Positions 12,578-26,198 of a stretch of DNA of 64,000 nt are shown one piece after another (the stretch's first letter is position 1; each line of letters begins with the position of its first letter). This DNA comes from Guillardia theta CCMP2712. Lineage: Eukaryota > Protista > Cryptophyta. The position numbers and the translations under genes were made by a program. The notes under the pieces were generated by a model that was given only the letters and a program-made list of their open reading frames with translations, was not told where the DNA came from and ran no database searches. Location: NCBI RefSeq assembly GCF_000315625.1, contig NW_005434666.1, positions 916,748-980,747 on the forward strand, written 5' to 3'.

Positions 12578-13837
12578 TTAAAAATAACTCTCGCCGGCCA
12601 GCCATTCTTCGAGAGTTATCGCGTTGTCAAGGTTTGTGTCCTTATCGTCCATCAGCTGTTGTAGACTTGAGTCAGTTCACGACATGGCTCCAAGATAGGC
12701 ACAAAGCATCTCGAGAACATCAGCAAATACAAAAATGATGAGCAGGAAACATTCAGGAACAAGTAGTTTGGTATCAGCGTAGTCAGCGCAGAAACGACAC
12801 GTAACAAAAGAAGACAATTGGAAGGTATTGTTCGTGATCTGACCTGCCAGGAGATCATCTCGATCTCGTCTTCTGTCAGCTCATGTGGTTGCCCGTCTCT
12901 GTTCTTCTTCCCTTGCAAAGCTTTCATCATTTCCCGTGATTCTTCCCTGCTCAAAATTCCATCCTGGTTCTTATCCCATTCCAAGAACAAGGATCGGAGG
13001 TGTTTCTAGACATTCGAGAATCAGAACACGTTCTGATCAGCAAAGATATAACAACCTCCTTCTGCTTGTCGTCGGCATTCCCCTGGACAACAAGGTCAGG
13101 GCTGCCTTTCGACATGGAAAAAGCACCTCAGAGAAAAACTCCCCATCTCGAAAACTAGGTTGTTGAGCTGCATCATGAAACCTGCAAGACAGTCAGGACA
13201 CGATCATTTGGACATTAACACCCAACATCATTCTCTGCCATTCGGGCCACGAGATGAATCCATCCACGTCCTGATCGAACTCCCTGAATGCAAACGCCGC
13301 CTCGTCTTCCTGAGCCTCGAGGATCGACGACTCGTTGTTGCCTGAGCCGCTGTCTTCATAGAAGCTCATGCTCTCTCTCCATTGAGCAAGGAACTCGTTT
13401 AAGTTCAGCTTGCTATCCCCGTCCTCGTCAGTGCGCAGAAAGAACCCCTTCTCATTCTCAACCATCTCCGCCATCTCACTGATTTCCCCCTGAAAGAAAG
13501 CTTCAGAACTTCTGGAGTTCGCCACTTCTTCTCCTCATCATGTTACCTGTCCATGGAAATCATCTCCAAGTGCAGCTTCAGACTTCCCGTGCTCGCTGTC
13601 TCCTCCTTCAACCCCATCCAGAGCTTGCTTCAGCAGCTCGTGCTCAGCCGCTTGATCATTCGGAATGGCAGCAGGAGAGAGCATGGAGGGAGGAGAGGGA
13701 GGAGATGAAGGGCGATCAGTAACGCCTCCTTTCAGAGGAATACAGCATGCCCTCCTCCCCACCAGCATGACCAACAGCGCCCCTAGCACCCATCGCTTCC
13801 CCCCCATGCCCTGCCCCCCCATGCCACGAAATCCCAA
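12578..13837 (-). CDS. Secretory-pathway multi-EF-hand Ca2+-binding protein (CREC/calumenin-like)
   Basis: Signal-peptide-like WVLGALLVMLVGRRACC. EF loops DEDGDSKLNLNE, DQDVDGFISWPE, DKNQDGILSREE and DTNLDNAITLEE. Ends WLAGESYF*. Confidence 0.8.
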
Positions 13838-14201
13838 GGCCTCATCCCCCTCATTACCAAGGTACCTGTTCTTCAGTGACTCCGCGCCACCCGGCGGTGG
13901 GGTCGCCGTAAGCCCGGAGTTGAGTAATTGTGTTTTTCTGAGGCCGGCTCACTTCAGCAGACGGGTGGATCAGCTCCATCGGCCGCCATGCACCAAGCGC
14001 GGAAGGCGTGAGCCTCCTCCTCCTGCACAGCCTCCTCTTCCCCCTCCTCTCATCACCCCCTCTTCATCTCTTACTGTCATCCATATTCTGCCTTTGATTC
14101 CCTCCTTCCTTTCCTCTCTCTCCCCTTTTTTCTTCATTGTCCATTGTCGTTGCAAGGCTCAAGAACTTGCTGATATCTCCAGCTCGAGCGCGGTGGGGGC
14201 C

Positions 14202-15092
14202 ATGGCAGCGATAGTTTCTTCCCTATCCGTCCTTACTTATTCGACATGCTCTGTCAGTCCCGGCAACCTGGCCATCCTGCTCATCTTTCTTTCGAGCGCA
14301 AGCTTCACTGCTGCCGACAGTGAACTTCCCAAGTTTTATCGGATAGCTTTGAGGGACAAAGGTGTTCCCGAATATCAGGACGAAGATGAGAGGTTTCATG
14401 CTGTCAATATCAGCAAATATCATTTCCCCAAGAAGACGCCAGCTCGAATCCGCGAGTATGCACCGAAGAAATGGTGGTCAAGGTACCGCGATTACAAGAC
14501 CCGGCCTGCCACGGGGCCAGGAAGCGTCATGAAGATCCCATCACGGCCAATTGCTGTGTTCATGTGCTGGGAGCCACCCAAGACGAAGAAGGTTTGACTT
14601 TACTTTCATCCCCGCTGTTGTTCGGGTGATGATCGACAATGCAGACCAACGTGTGCGAAGTTGTGAAGCTGCACTGGTCTCCACCCAGGGACGACGGGCA
14701 CACGCCGATCCTGCATTACGAGATTTCGATGGATCAGGGACAGACATGGTCGCAGATCGAAGGAGGAGCTGATGCTCGAGAGTATCGGGTGACAGACCGC
14801 CAGTCAGGTGAAGTGGTTTCCTTCATGGTTCGGGCGGTGAACAGGGTAAGTGAAACTGTCACGAGGGAGGCAGCGTGACGATGAATGTAGATTGGTCCTG
14901 GGGCAGCGGAGAAAATGACATGTCAGAACACTCCGCTATCATCCCGTGTGATGGTAGTGTTGAGTGTATTGGTTTTAGCGTTATGTTCTAACCGTTGATG
15001 TACAGGCCTCTTTGTTCCAGAAGAAGAAGAAGCCCGTGCAGAAGAAACCAGCCCCCGTCCCTGACTGTTCGATGGCGCAAGCCGCTGCGTGA
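14202..15092 (+). CDS. Signal-peptide + fibronectin type III domain protein
   Basis: Hydrophobic LAILLIFLSSASFTAA. FN3 signature VKLHWSPPRDDGHTPILHYEI...YRVTDRQSGEVVSFMVRAVNRIGPG. Basic C-tail ends SMAQAAA*. Confidence 0.75.
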
Positions 15093-15108
15093 GCTCGTGC
15101 TAAGATGC

Positions 15109-16841
<1,733 letters not shown>

Positions 16842-17389
16842 TGCAGCATTGCTGTTCTATCATGTAAGGATAGCAGACAGATAGGAAGGAGCATTGCTGT
16901 TCAGATCAAAGTGGAACTAGGTGAAAGGATTGATGCAAAACGCCAAAACATCAACCAGCACATGGGTGAGAATGGCCTCTGTAGTTCATCAGGTGTCGGA
17001 AGACATGTGAGCAGATCGTTTGTAGCAATAACGCTATAGTACATAATTTCAAAGGACGAAGATGGTGGAACGATCAGATACGCTATAAGAATCAGCGTAT
17101 CTGTTTTGAGCTCTTGGTGGGTAGCAGGAGAGGAGCTGTCAAGATAGGAATGATAAAGCGGGAAGCAAGAAGGATGAGAAGGAGTAATATAAAGATAAAA
17201 AATGGAACGAAAGGTGGAGAGGAGGTAGAGATTCGCGGAAAAGGAGCATTGAAGGCTTTCGTTTCCTTACATTCTTCGCAGCATCTCGTCCTCCTTTATG
17301 CGACAAGGAATTGTCGGTTACATCCGTTGCAAGACATGTTTGAACAGTTACAAGATGTAGAATTCCAAATAACGGATTGTTTTTGAATC

Positions 17390-17830
17390 ACCCTACCCTG
17401 CTACAAGTGCCATCAACACCCACCCCCTCAATTAAATGGAAGTACCCCCACCTCTAAGGACGTTTCTTCTGGTCAAATGTCTTCCCACCCACCCCGTTCA
17501 TATCCTTTGGGCCACCCCCACCCCACGAGACATCTGAAAACTACCCCAGGTTGATTTTTTTACAATGGAACTTTTATGGACAGAACCAGGTACCCTATGC
17601 TCACCACCCCTGTACTTCACCTCCCCGAAAATCTCTACCCCCTCTTTCCCACAAGTCTACCCCATGCTGAAAGGCACTCGGTCTGGAGATATCACCACCC
17701 CCACCGAAAAGGGGATCCGATGCTCACTTCTTTTGTATCCTACCCCACCCCCACGATCACCCACCATATCCTATCTACTACCCCACCCTCCTAGCGAAAG
17801 TACCCTCTTCCCCAAATCCGACCGGCATTG
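17390..17830. promoter_or_regulatory. ACCCC-motif-rich intergenic block between divergent genes
   Basis: Many (T/C)ACCCC words in otherwise AT-richer non-coding DNA. The regulatory role is inferred from position only. Confidence 0.4.
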
Positions 17831-18270
17831 AACTCCATGGCATTTTGATGTCTACGGTGCGCTTAGCTCGCTATGCACCCTCGTCTCTCTCTCTCTCTCT
17901 CTCTCCTCCCCTCCCCCCCCTCCTCTCCCTCCACTCTTTTCTCATTCCCCCTTCTATCCCAGACCCCACCTTGCATGTATACAAGACCTCATCTTGCTTC
18001 CCTTCCTGGCTCAGCTGTGTTTGTCTATCTAGGTTCTCCTCATACCATACTCGCTGCAAGCTGCTTCCTCTCTTTCTTTCTCTCCCTTCCTGTACAGCTC
18101 CACTTCTGACATCTCATGTCTTGGAACGTAAATCCTCATAATCCAATCACCAACCCGTCAGCAAAAGATTCTCAATCAGTTTCCTCGTGATTGCCTTGAA
18201 TTCGATGTTCCCTGTATTTTGAACCAGTGCATCCTTGCTTCTAACTCATCGCTTTCAAGAAAACAGCAAA

Positions 18271-21070
18271 GATGCTTGCAGCACCGTCTTTCTCCGGACC
18301 AATGGCAATACATCATTCGTGCAGGGATTACACATTCTAACACCTTACTACAGATGGTAGTCTAGTCAAACTCCCTCGATCAGCTGCTTTGCACTCGAGC
18401 TTCCTGCGATCTTTCCTCGACGATGAGAGCTCAGCTGTAGGATGAAGCCAGACGTCATTGATCTGCCTGTCCTGAACCTTCCTGAAGGTCACCGAGGAAT
18501 CTCCGATTGCACTGGTCGATTCACACTGTGTCTTGCTGGCTGTGAACTATGCGGTGGCCTACATGAAGGTTCAAACGCTCTTGTGTGTTGGCTTGCTTGT
18601 TGATCAGGATATCTGCAGCTGTGTGATGCCATGCATGACTTACCCGGAAGTGGATACACAAGTACGAATGGAGGGAGGTCTTTAATAGCTACTCACCTCC
18701 CCTCCATCTACACTTACCTGGGACGAGGTATTTTTGATCTTGTTTAACACATCCACAAGCCGAGGAGGCGGAGAAAGAGCGATTCTCATTCAACCCATTC
18801 ATGTGTCGAATGCTTTAAATGCTTGTCTTTCCATCTCACTGCATTTGAATGGCTGTCTGTGTCGAATGTCTTGATGGCCGGTTGTCCAGGAACAAACCGT
18901 ACTCCTTGGGAGCAGGCTTTGAGAGCATATACCAAAGTAACTCCTTTCTCGGTTTGCTTGATGTCTCACACTAACGAACAGGCGATTGGAGACTTACCCG
19001 ACGCGTTGCTTGTACAGATTATGCATACAGCAAATTTTTTGGATGTTAAGGTCCGGAAAGCATGTGCTCAACGGAAGGGAAGACATTGTTGAGCATTTGT
19101 TTCAGGGTATGATGGACGCTGCCATCCTTCAAATTTCTGTCCGCATTGAGAAGGTATGTGATATGAGATGATCGTTCGTCCTAACTCGAACGATCATAAA
19201 CCCAATAATCCCTGAATCGAATCTTCCATGAAATGATCGTTGGATCTAACTCCGTTGGTTTTTCGCCAGGAGACTGATCAAGAATCGACTCGACAGATTG
19301 GCAGACTTGGAGGGGACGTGCTTGTGAAGGCTCTGATTTCGTTGAGCACTGAATACATCATCGTCGACGAAGAGCTTGCTCTGCAGTTCGTGAGAGCTCT
19401 GACAGCTTTGGTTCCCTTGGGATTTGCAGAAGAAATCAAGACCTTCAATGTTCTATCCATGCCAGAGGTGGCGCGATGTCACCCTCTTGAGAATGAAATC
19501 GCCCGGGCTTTACATATTCTGACAGCCAAGTTTGGTTTGGATACAGTCTTAGAACGTTATGTGCTGCTGTTCGATAACCCAGACTGGCCGGTCAGGAGGT
19601 TTGGGCTTAAGACGTTTCTGTCAACGGACATGTCGTCGTGGACTCCTAAATGTATCGAGACGATCGTTCGGCGACTGAAGCATGGCAACGCCGAGAGACG
19701 GCTGGAGGCGTTTCGGGCTCTGCGCAAGCAAGCTGTTGGCTTGCTGCAGAATGAGGAGCTGCCGCAGAGGATCCGAGACACGTTGATACGTGAAGCCCTT
19801 CTGGGGACTGGACATGTTGGGATGTGTGCTAGACGCATGGTGAAGGATCAAGTGGCGAACTGTTTCTTTCGAGACGATGATGGTCAGATGCTGCTGAGAG
19901 ACAAGGACCGATGGTGGTCTCTTGCCGAGCTGCTGCTGCGCAGCATGAGCAAGATGAAGTGCGATGACTGGGGCTCGGCTCTCTCTGTAAAGCCCGACGA
20001 TCCACATGGTCCCTTTCGCCAGCTCTTGGAGCACTTGCTGCCGACATACTGTCAGGTTAACAGTTTCTTTGTTCACACACTAAGTTATTGTAACTCTTTC
20101 ATTCAAAAACAGCATGTCTATGCTAAAGATCATCTGGTGGAAGAAATTTTCGCTCTTCATACATCAGCAGGAGGCGTCTGGGCTTCAGTTCGCAACAGGG
20201 GGATAACTTCAAGCGCGGGATTTCCTCCGTACGTTGCACCTGAAGATGGAGAACCTGAATCTCGCAAGAATGGAGACAATGAGCCAACAGAAAAACGGGC
20301 CGAAGAGGTTCGTGCTTCTGGGAACCTCTCTGAGGGGTCAACAGAAAATTCATCCCAGCAAGACTCAGAAAACAAGGAGGATCTCTTGGTCCTTCGTGCG
20401 ATTTCTCTCCTGGCTCTCTGCTATGCGGTGAATCCTCTGGACAAGGGGATCCGGCAACTGCTAGCGCAAGCCGCGGGGTTGAAGAGCATCACGAGCTCTT
20501 CTCAGGATAGACGAGGGGAGACTGAGGGAGCATCTTCAAGCCAAGTGGACGGGGCGCAGGAGGCGAGCACGAGCAAGGATCATCAGAGTGTAGCGGCGGG
20601 TGACTCAAAGGAGGCAGAGCCAAAACCAGGCGTTGAGCAAGATGGTGGGAAGAAACCTGAATTAACGCTGGAGCAGGTAAAGTCGCCTCCTCTTGCCTCT
20701 CCCTGCCCTTGACTCTGCCTCCAGCTGGCGGCTCGAGCAGCTCTCTCACAGCTGAAGTCAACATCGAGCAAGTGGTGCAAGATCTGCCAGATGCACATGG
20801 AATGGTGCCATTGCGGCCGGTGTGAAGGGTAGGACAAGCGCTGGTCCCTCCCTACTGCGCTGAGCTCGTTGGCAGGTGCAACAGACATCCGGATTGCTGC
20901 GAGTGTGACAAGGAGGAGGAGTGTCCGCGATGCGGCAACGATCGGGCGACTTGTGAATGTTCATACAGGTATGTCCGGTTGGAAGCGAAGGCAGAGACTG
21001 ATGCGTTTGTTGCAGCGATGAAGACTCGGACAGGTCGGAATTCTTCGAGCAGTATGAATCGGATTACTAA
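18271..21070 (+). CDS. SKP1-like domain fused to an alpha-helical (HEAT-like) region and a Cys-rich C-terminal domain (start uncertain)
   Basis: Spliced VFLRTN-DGSLVKLPRSAALHSSFLRSFLDD (SKP1 POZ-like) and LLVQIMHTANFLDVKGMMDAAILQISVRI (SKP1 dimerisation-like). Long exon 19271-20676. Terminal CKICQMHMEWCHCGRCNRHPDCCECDKEEECPRCGNDRATCEC. Confidence 0.65.
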
Positions 21071-21117
21071 AGTCTCTCCTACTCGACGACCTCTCTCTCT
21101 CTCTCTCTCTCTCTTGC

Positions 21118-24100
21118 TCATGACCCCAGGAACCCCTTGCAGTTTTTGGCGCCGCAGTGACATTTCTTGGTGGCTGCCCCGTCGAACATCTGGTAGTCGA
21201 TTGTGATTTCTTCCCCTTTCTCAATGTCGCGCTTGGCAAAGATGCCTGGAATACTTTCACGCCAGGAGAGAGCAGGAGGGAGGGAGGAGAGCTGAGAGAA
21301 AAGATGTTCTACTTACCGACCACGACTTCCCCCAAGCTGCGATACCGATGGGTATGGCAGTTGGGATCGCAGGAGTGATTGATGAAGCGACCCATCGAGC
21401 TCTTCCTCGAGGCATCGATGACCTCGAAGATTGGGCTGGTGTTGAGAACCTGCACAGAATTGTGAGGAGGGGGAAGGGGCAAAGGAGGAGAAAAGAAAAG
21501 CGGAGGAGAAAGCAAGGTAGGGCAAAGAAACAAGTTAGACCATGAAGTATGTGTGCTTCTCCTTTGCGTACGCCTTCTTCCTCCTCTCGTACATTCGCCT
21601 GTTGAGGATTTCGCCCATGTACTCGATGACGAACGTTCCTTGCTGAACGTCCTCCATAGTGAAGAGGGCCCAGCCTCGCTTGTCCACCTTCTTTACCTCC
21701 GTCCTGACGTACTGACACTTCTGAAACCGCTGGTTCTGGCAAGAGTCCCCGCAAGGGCAGAAGCCCGGGGTACACTCGACGTAGATCTGCCTGAGGGCGC
21801 AGGTCTGATCAGCGCAGGCAACCTTGCCCTTGATGGGGAGGCAGTTGCAGACGGCGATATCGTCGACGCTCAACTTGGCGTACTTGCGATGCAGGTAGGT
21901 ATTCCTTCTCAGCATCACGAAGGGGATCGGGTCAACTCCTCCTCCTGTCCGCCTCGCCCACTCCAGGTGCTTCTCGTACTGCTTCGCAAACCTCTTGGCA
22001 TCATCCCCCTCCACCACGGCGCACTTGCCGTTCTTGATCACTGCCAGCCCAAGGTCCCCATCAGCGAACGAGATCGAGGAGTCCGCCAGCGCCATGTCGG
22101 CGTCCTGCAGCTCCTGCAACGTCGCCCGCATCTCCTGCGTTGACTTCTCGAAGAGGCCGCTGGACATGTACTTCATGATCTCCTTGGGGTCGAAGATGTG
22201 GTGTAGGATCTTGTTGAAGCACTCTTTGTCTGTTCGATCCTCAGCGTCTCTCGCAGGAACGAGGAACTCGCTCTCGCTCAGCTGCATCAGGTGCGCATGC
22301 AACCTTCCCCTGCTCGTCTCCGACCCTCCGAACTTGCGAAAACAGATGGCGGAGACCGGCATGGCGTCGTCACGGGCCAGCCGAGCGTACAGCCTGTAGA
22401 AGTTGACGATGATCTCAGTAAGGGCATTCTTGGACTGATCGTCCCCCGCCGCCGCCACGTCGTTGAGCTTCTCGAAGTTCTTCATGAGGCTCGAAGATGC
22501 GTCAAGGAACTTGATCCTAAGGAGCTCGTTGCAGAGGATGCAACTCCTGACTTCGGTTTCGAACAGCAGCTGGTTGAGGATGCGAAAAATCGGGAGCCAC
22601 TTGTCGCTGTCCTCCCCGTTGCAGATGCGGGAAGCAAATTCCAGAGCGACCGAGATCGTCTCATCCCTCACCTCGCTCAAGCTCGGCGTCGTCCCCAGCG
22701 TGCGGAAGAAACGCTTCGAAAAGGCCATGAAGGAAAGCAGGTCCATCCCCTTCCTCCCTGCCGCGTCTCGACGACGAAGACGAGTCAAGATGGACTTGAG
22801 GATGAAGTGAAGACTCGGGTGAGAGCTGAACATCCGGCGGAACTCCCTGCATGATTCCGTTGCAAGCAGCCGCGACTGAATGATCTCTACCCAAAAGTCG
22901 AGGACCCTGAGGAACAACTTGGGCTTGCAGGGCGAACTTGATCGTGAGGCCTTCTTGGCCTTGTCGTCGTTGTTGTCCTCGTCGTTGCAGCCCCAGGGCC
23001 CTTTCATCACGTCCATGTCGATCAGGTCCAGGGTGAAGCGGATCAGCTCGTGGAATCTCTTGTCTCCGATCAGCATCTTGGTGAAGCCCTTCTTCTCCGT
23101 CTGCACCCGAGACTCGTAGTGGAGATAGTTCAGCAGGGTGCAGAGCACGCTCCAAATGTTTCCAGCGAGCTTCTTTTGCTTTTCCTCTTGCAATGGGTCC
23201 TGCTCGTCGAGGGTCGCCTCTACTTCAGCCCCAACGACCTCCAGGAGGAAGTAGCAGCAAGAATCGATCACAGATTGATTCAGACTCTGGTCCGACACCA
23301 GGCACCTTCCCAGCTTCTCGACCTGCAGGCCCCCCGAGACATCTTTGCCGCTGAACAAGGCAGAGAGGACCGAGAAGAAGGCAGAGAAGCCGCTGAAGCG
23401 ATCGGACTTGTACAGTCTCGGCTTGTTCAAGATGTCGCTGAGAGTTTCAGACAGGTAGACCCCGAGGTCGCCCATGTACGGGTGCTCAACCACCCTCGGG
23501 TGCTTCATCATCACCCGCAGCTTGCGAGGGCCGAGCCCACTCGTGACGGGAGGGAAGTACACAAGGGAATGTACCTCAGCATGCGTCAGTTCTTGCAGCT
23601 TCAGCCTGTCCGTGTTTCGCTGCTGGACGACTGGTTTCCCCTTCCCACCGCTCCCCTTCCCGTTGGAGCGAGACTTCTTGGAGGGGTTCGCTTCTTCCTT
23701 GTCCTCCAACTTTCTCTTCCCTTCCTCGTCAGATCTCGACGCCTTCGTTCCAGAGTCTGAAGACGCCTCTTCCTGCTTCTTCTCTTGCCCCCCTCCCTCC
23801 TCGTCCTCCTCCTCCTTCTCCTTCTCCCCCTGCTCTTCGTTCAGCTGCCCCTCCCGGTCTTGGTTCTCCTTGTCATCCCTGTTCTCCTCCATCACCGGCT
23901 GCCGCCCCTCTCCCACTCGTTGATCCTGCTCATTCGCTCTCTCCTGCTCCGATTGCACCTGCTCAGCAGCCATCGACTCCCGTACAGCCTCAGTCTCTTT
24001 TCCTCCTCTTTGCGAAGGCTCTTCTTGTGTGTGTGTATTGGACCCATTCCCCTCCACCTCCTCGTCGTCGGAAAGGTCCACATCCAACTCTTCCTCCGAC

Positions 24101-24433
24101 TGATTCCCGTTAAGCTTCTCATGCACACGACAGCCGCTCTCCTCTCCCCCGCCTGCATTACCCAATGTCCTTCCAACGCCCTGCATGTCTTGGTCGTCAT
24201 CGTCTGATTCGGGCATGTCAGCATGTCGCTAGCTGCCATGCAGGAAGAATACCCGATAGATGAACTTGAAGCTCTTCCTCTTCGTCCTCGTCGTCAGCCA
24301 TCTGCGCTATGATGAGCCCGCTGTAACTCATATCATTCGCTCCCTCGCTCCCTCGCGTCCGCCCCCCCCCCCCACTGCACCCCCCTCCCCGATTTTCGTA
24401 CACATCTTCAAGCCCGTCCTCTGTAGTTCTCAT
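21118..24433 (-). CDS. Histone-lysine N-methyltransferase, SET2/ASH1 (H3K36) class, with C-terminal AWS-SET-postSET
   Basis: AWS CNC...[55 protein letters not shown] and EEITIDY. Post-[17 protein letters not shown]. The start exon is approximate. Confidence 0.92.
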
Positions 24434-24667
24434 ACAGCATGCATAGGATCGGATTCCGTAAGATTTTCTGCAACTTTGGCATCTACTTCCCACTTAATCG
24501 CCTCAGGACAGTTCCTGCCCTCCCTCCCCTCTCTTCTCTTCATAGTCTGATCATCTCCTCGTAGTGATCCATCGTCACCTCGATCTTCATCTCGATCATC
24601 TCAATTACCTCCTTCATGCTCATGTTCACGTTCGTCACCATCATGTTCATTACCACCTCGTCTCTCT

Positions 24668-24701
24668 CCTGCTCCTGCTCCTGATCCTGATCCTGCTCCT
24701 T

Positions 24702-24743
<42 letters not shown>

Positions 24744-24744
24744 A

Positions 24745-24804
<60 letters not shown>

Positions 24805-24805
24805 C

Positions 24806-24860
<55 letters not shown>
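24668..24860. repeat. (CTCCTG)n hexamer microsatellite, intergenic
   Basis: Visible tandem hexamer. Confidence 0.95.
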
Positions 24861-25351
24861 GTTTCATCTTCTGAATTTCCTGCAAGCCTGTAAACCAGGA
24901 GGGTGGGGTAGTATTTGGGATCAAAAGGGGTAGTGTGCATGGATACCCCTCCTGCTTACAACATATGCTGAAGAAAATAGATGGGGTGGGGTACTTCAAC
25001 TTCCCCTCCCCCAGCCGGCATAGCGCAGGGGAAGGGAAAGGACAAGTAGGAAGGGAGATGGCGGGAGGGAGGAGGCAGAGGAGAGCAAGTATGGTTGTCA
25101 TACGAAGATGGTAGAGAGAGGACAAGGTCGACAAGGATAGCACAGAAGCAGGCAGGGGAATCCTCAAGGGAGGATGCATGAAGGGAAGTGAAGTTAACAG
25201 TCAGCAGTCCGAGCAGAGAAGTGCTGTGCAAACATAGTTCTTGAATACTGCCTCTTCTTCTTCTTCTTCTTCTTCTTCTTCTTCCTTCCCCTACTTTTCT
25301 GATTTCCTTACTTCATTTTCAGTTTTCCTTGTGCGAGAAGAGGAGCCAACT

Positions 25352-26094
25352 ATGCCTCCACAGCCCACTCAACCGCCTCCAATGCACACTATCTCATATC
25401 CCGGCCAGCAGCAGCACTACACGCAGCAGTATGCGCAGCAGCAGTATCAACAGAACTATCAGCGACAGAGGCAGATGCAAGGAGGAAGAGGCGTTGGGAT
25501 GAGCCATGGCATCGGCGTTCCAGCTCCGCCCATTCCTCAATCTCCATCCGCGGCAGGCATGAATGTGCAGGGGGCCGGAGGCAGGTATGGAGCGGTAGGG
25601 AGGGGAGCTCAGCAGGCCTACGGCTATGGCACCAACTCGCGCGCGTCTCCTCGATCACGCCAGGCAGCGACCAAGGCAGGAGCATACACGCAAGGGGCGG
25701 GAGTCGGGTTGGTGGCGGGAGGAGACGCGGCTAGTAGGGCAGCGGCAGCGGCACGAGCACAGGCGAACGAGCCAATGGACTACGAGTTTTTGGATCTGAT
25801 CAGTGAGATACTGAGACTGATCGAGGAGGGGTTCTCTGTGAACTCGGAGGTGGTGAAGACCAAGGTTGAAGCTCTGCAGAACAAGTTCAACCGAGCAAAG
25901 GGGCTGCTGGAGGCGATGGACGGGGCTGAGATGACGCCGCAGATGCAAGATGATGTGTATGAGATGTAAGATGACGATGATGTGTGAAGACCTGCTGTGA
26001 CCCGCGTGCTTGCAGATATCAGAAGCGATTGAATCATCTGAATGGAATGATGGCTTCCTATTCGAAGCTGCCGCTGTTCAGCGAGGAGAGTTGA
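25352..26094 (+). CDS. MED9: Mediator subunit 9 (MED9/CSE2)-like
   Basis: Q/G-rich N-terminus, then YEFLDLISEILRLIE...KVEALQNKFNRAKGLLEAMDGAEMTPQMQDDVYEIYQKRLNHLNGMMASYSKL, matching the MED9 core pattern (FLP..I...L..KF..AR..I..MPG...S.E.Q). One intron at 25966-26015. Confidence 0.7.
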
Positions 26095-26198
26095 GAGCCG
26101 GGCAATGTTTTTGGTGCTTGTATGAGCGTGAGAGAGACGAAAGTGTTGCTCTCTCAATCGCAAGTAGAGGATTGAGGAATGAAAGACAAACAAGTGCT

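Noticed and set aside
16846-16902. Short direct repeat (AGCATTGCTGTTC) upstream of ferrochelatase as a target-site duplication
   Set aside because: Only ~30 bp lies between the copies and there are no terminal repeats, which is insufficient for a mobile-element call.
18437-18487. Apparent frameshift or stop in the SKP1-like region
   Set aside because: Explained by an ordinary ~50-nt GT-AG intron.
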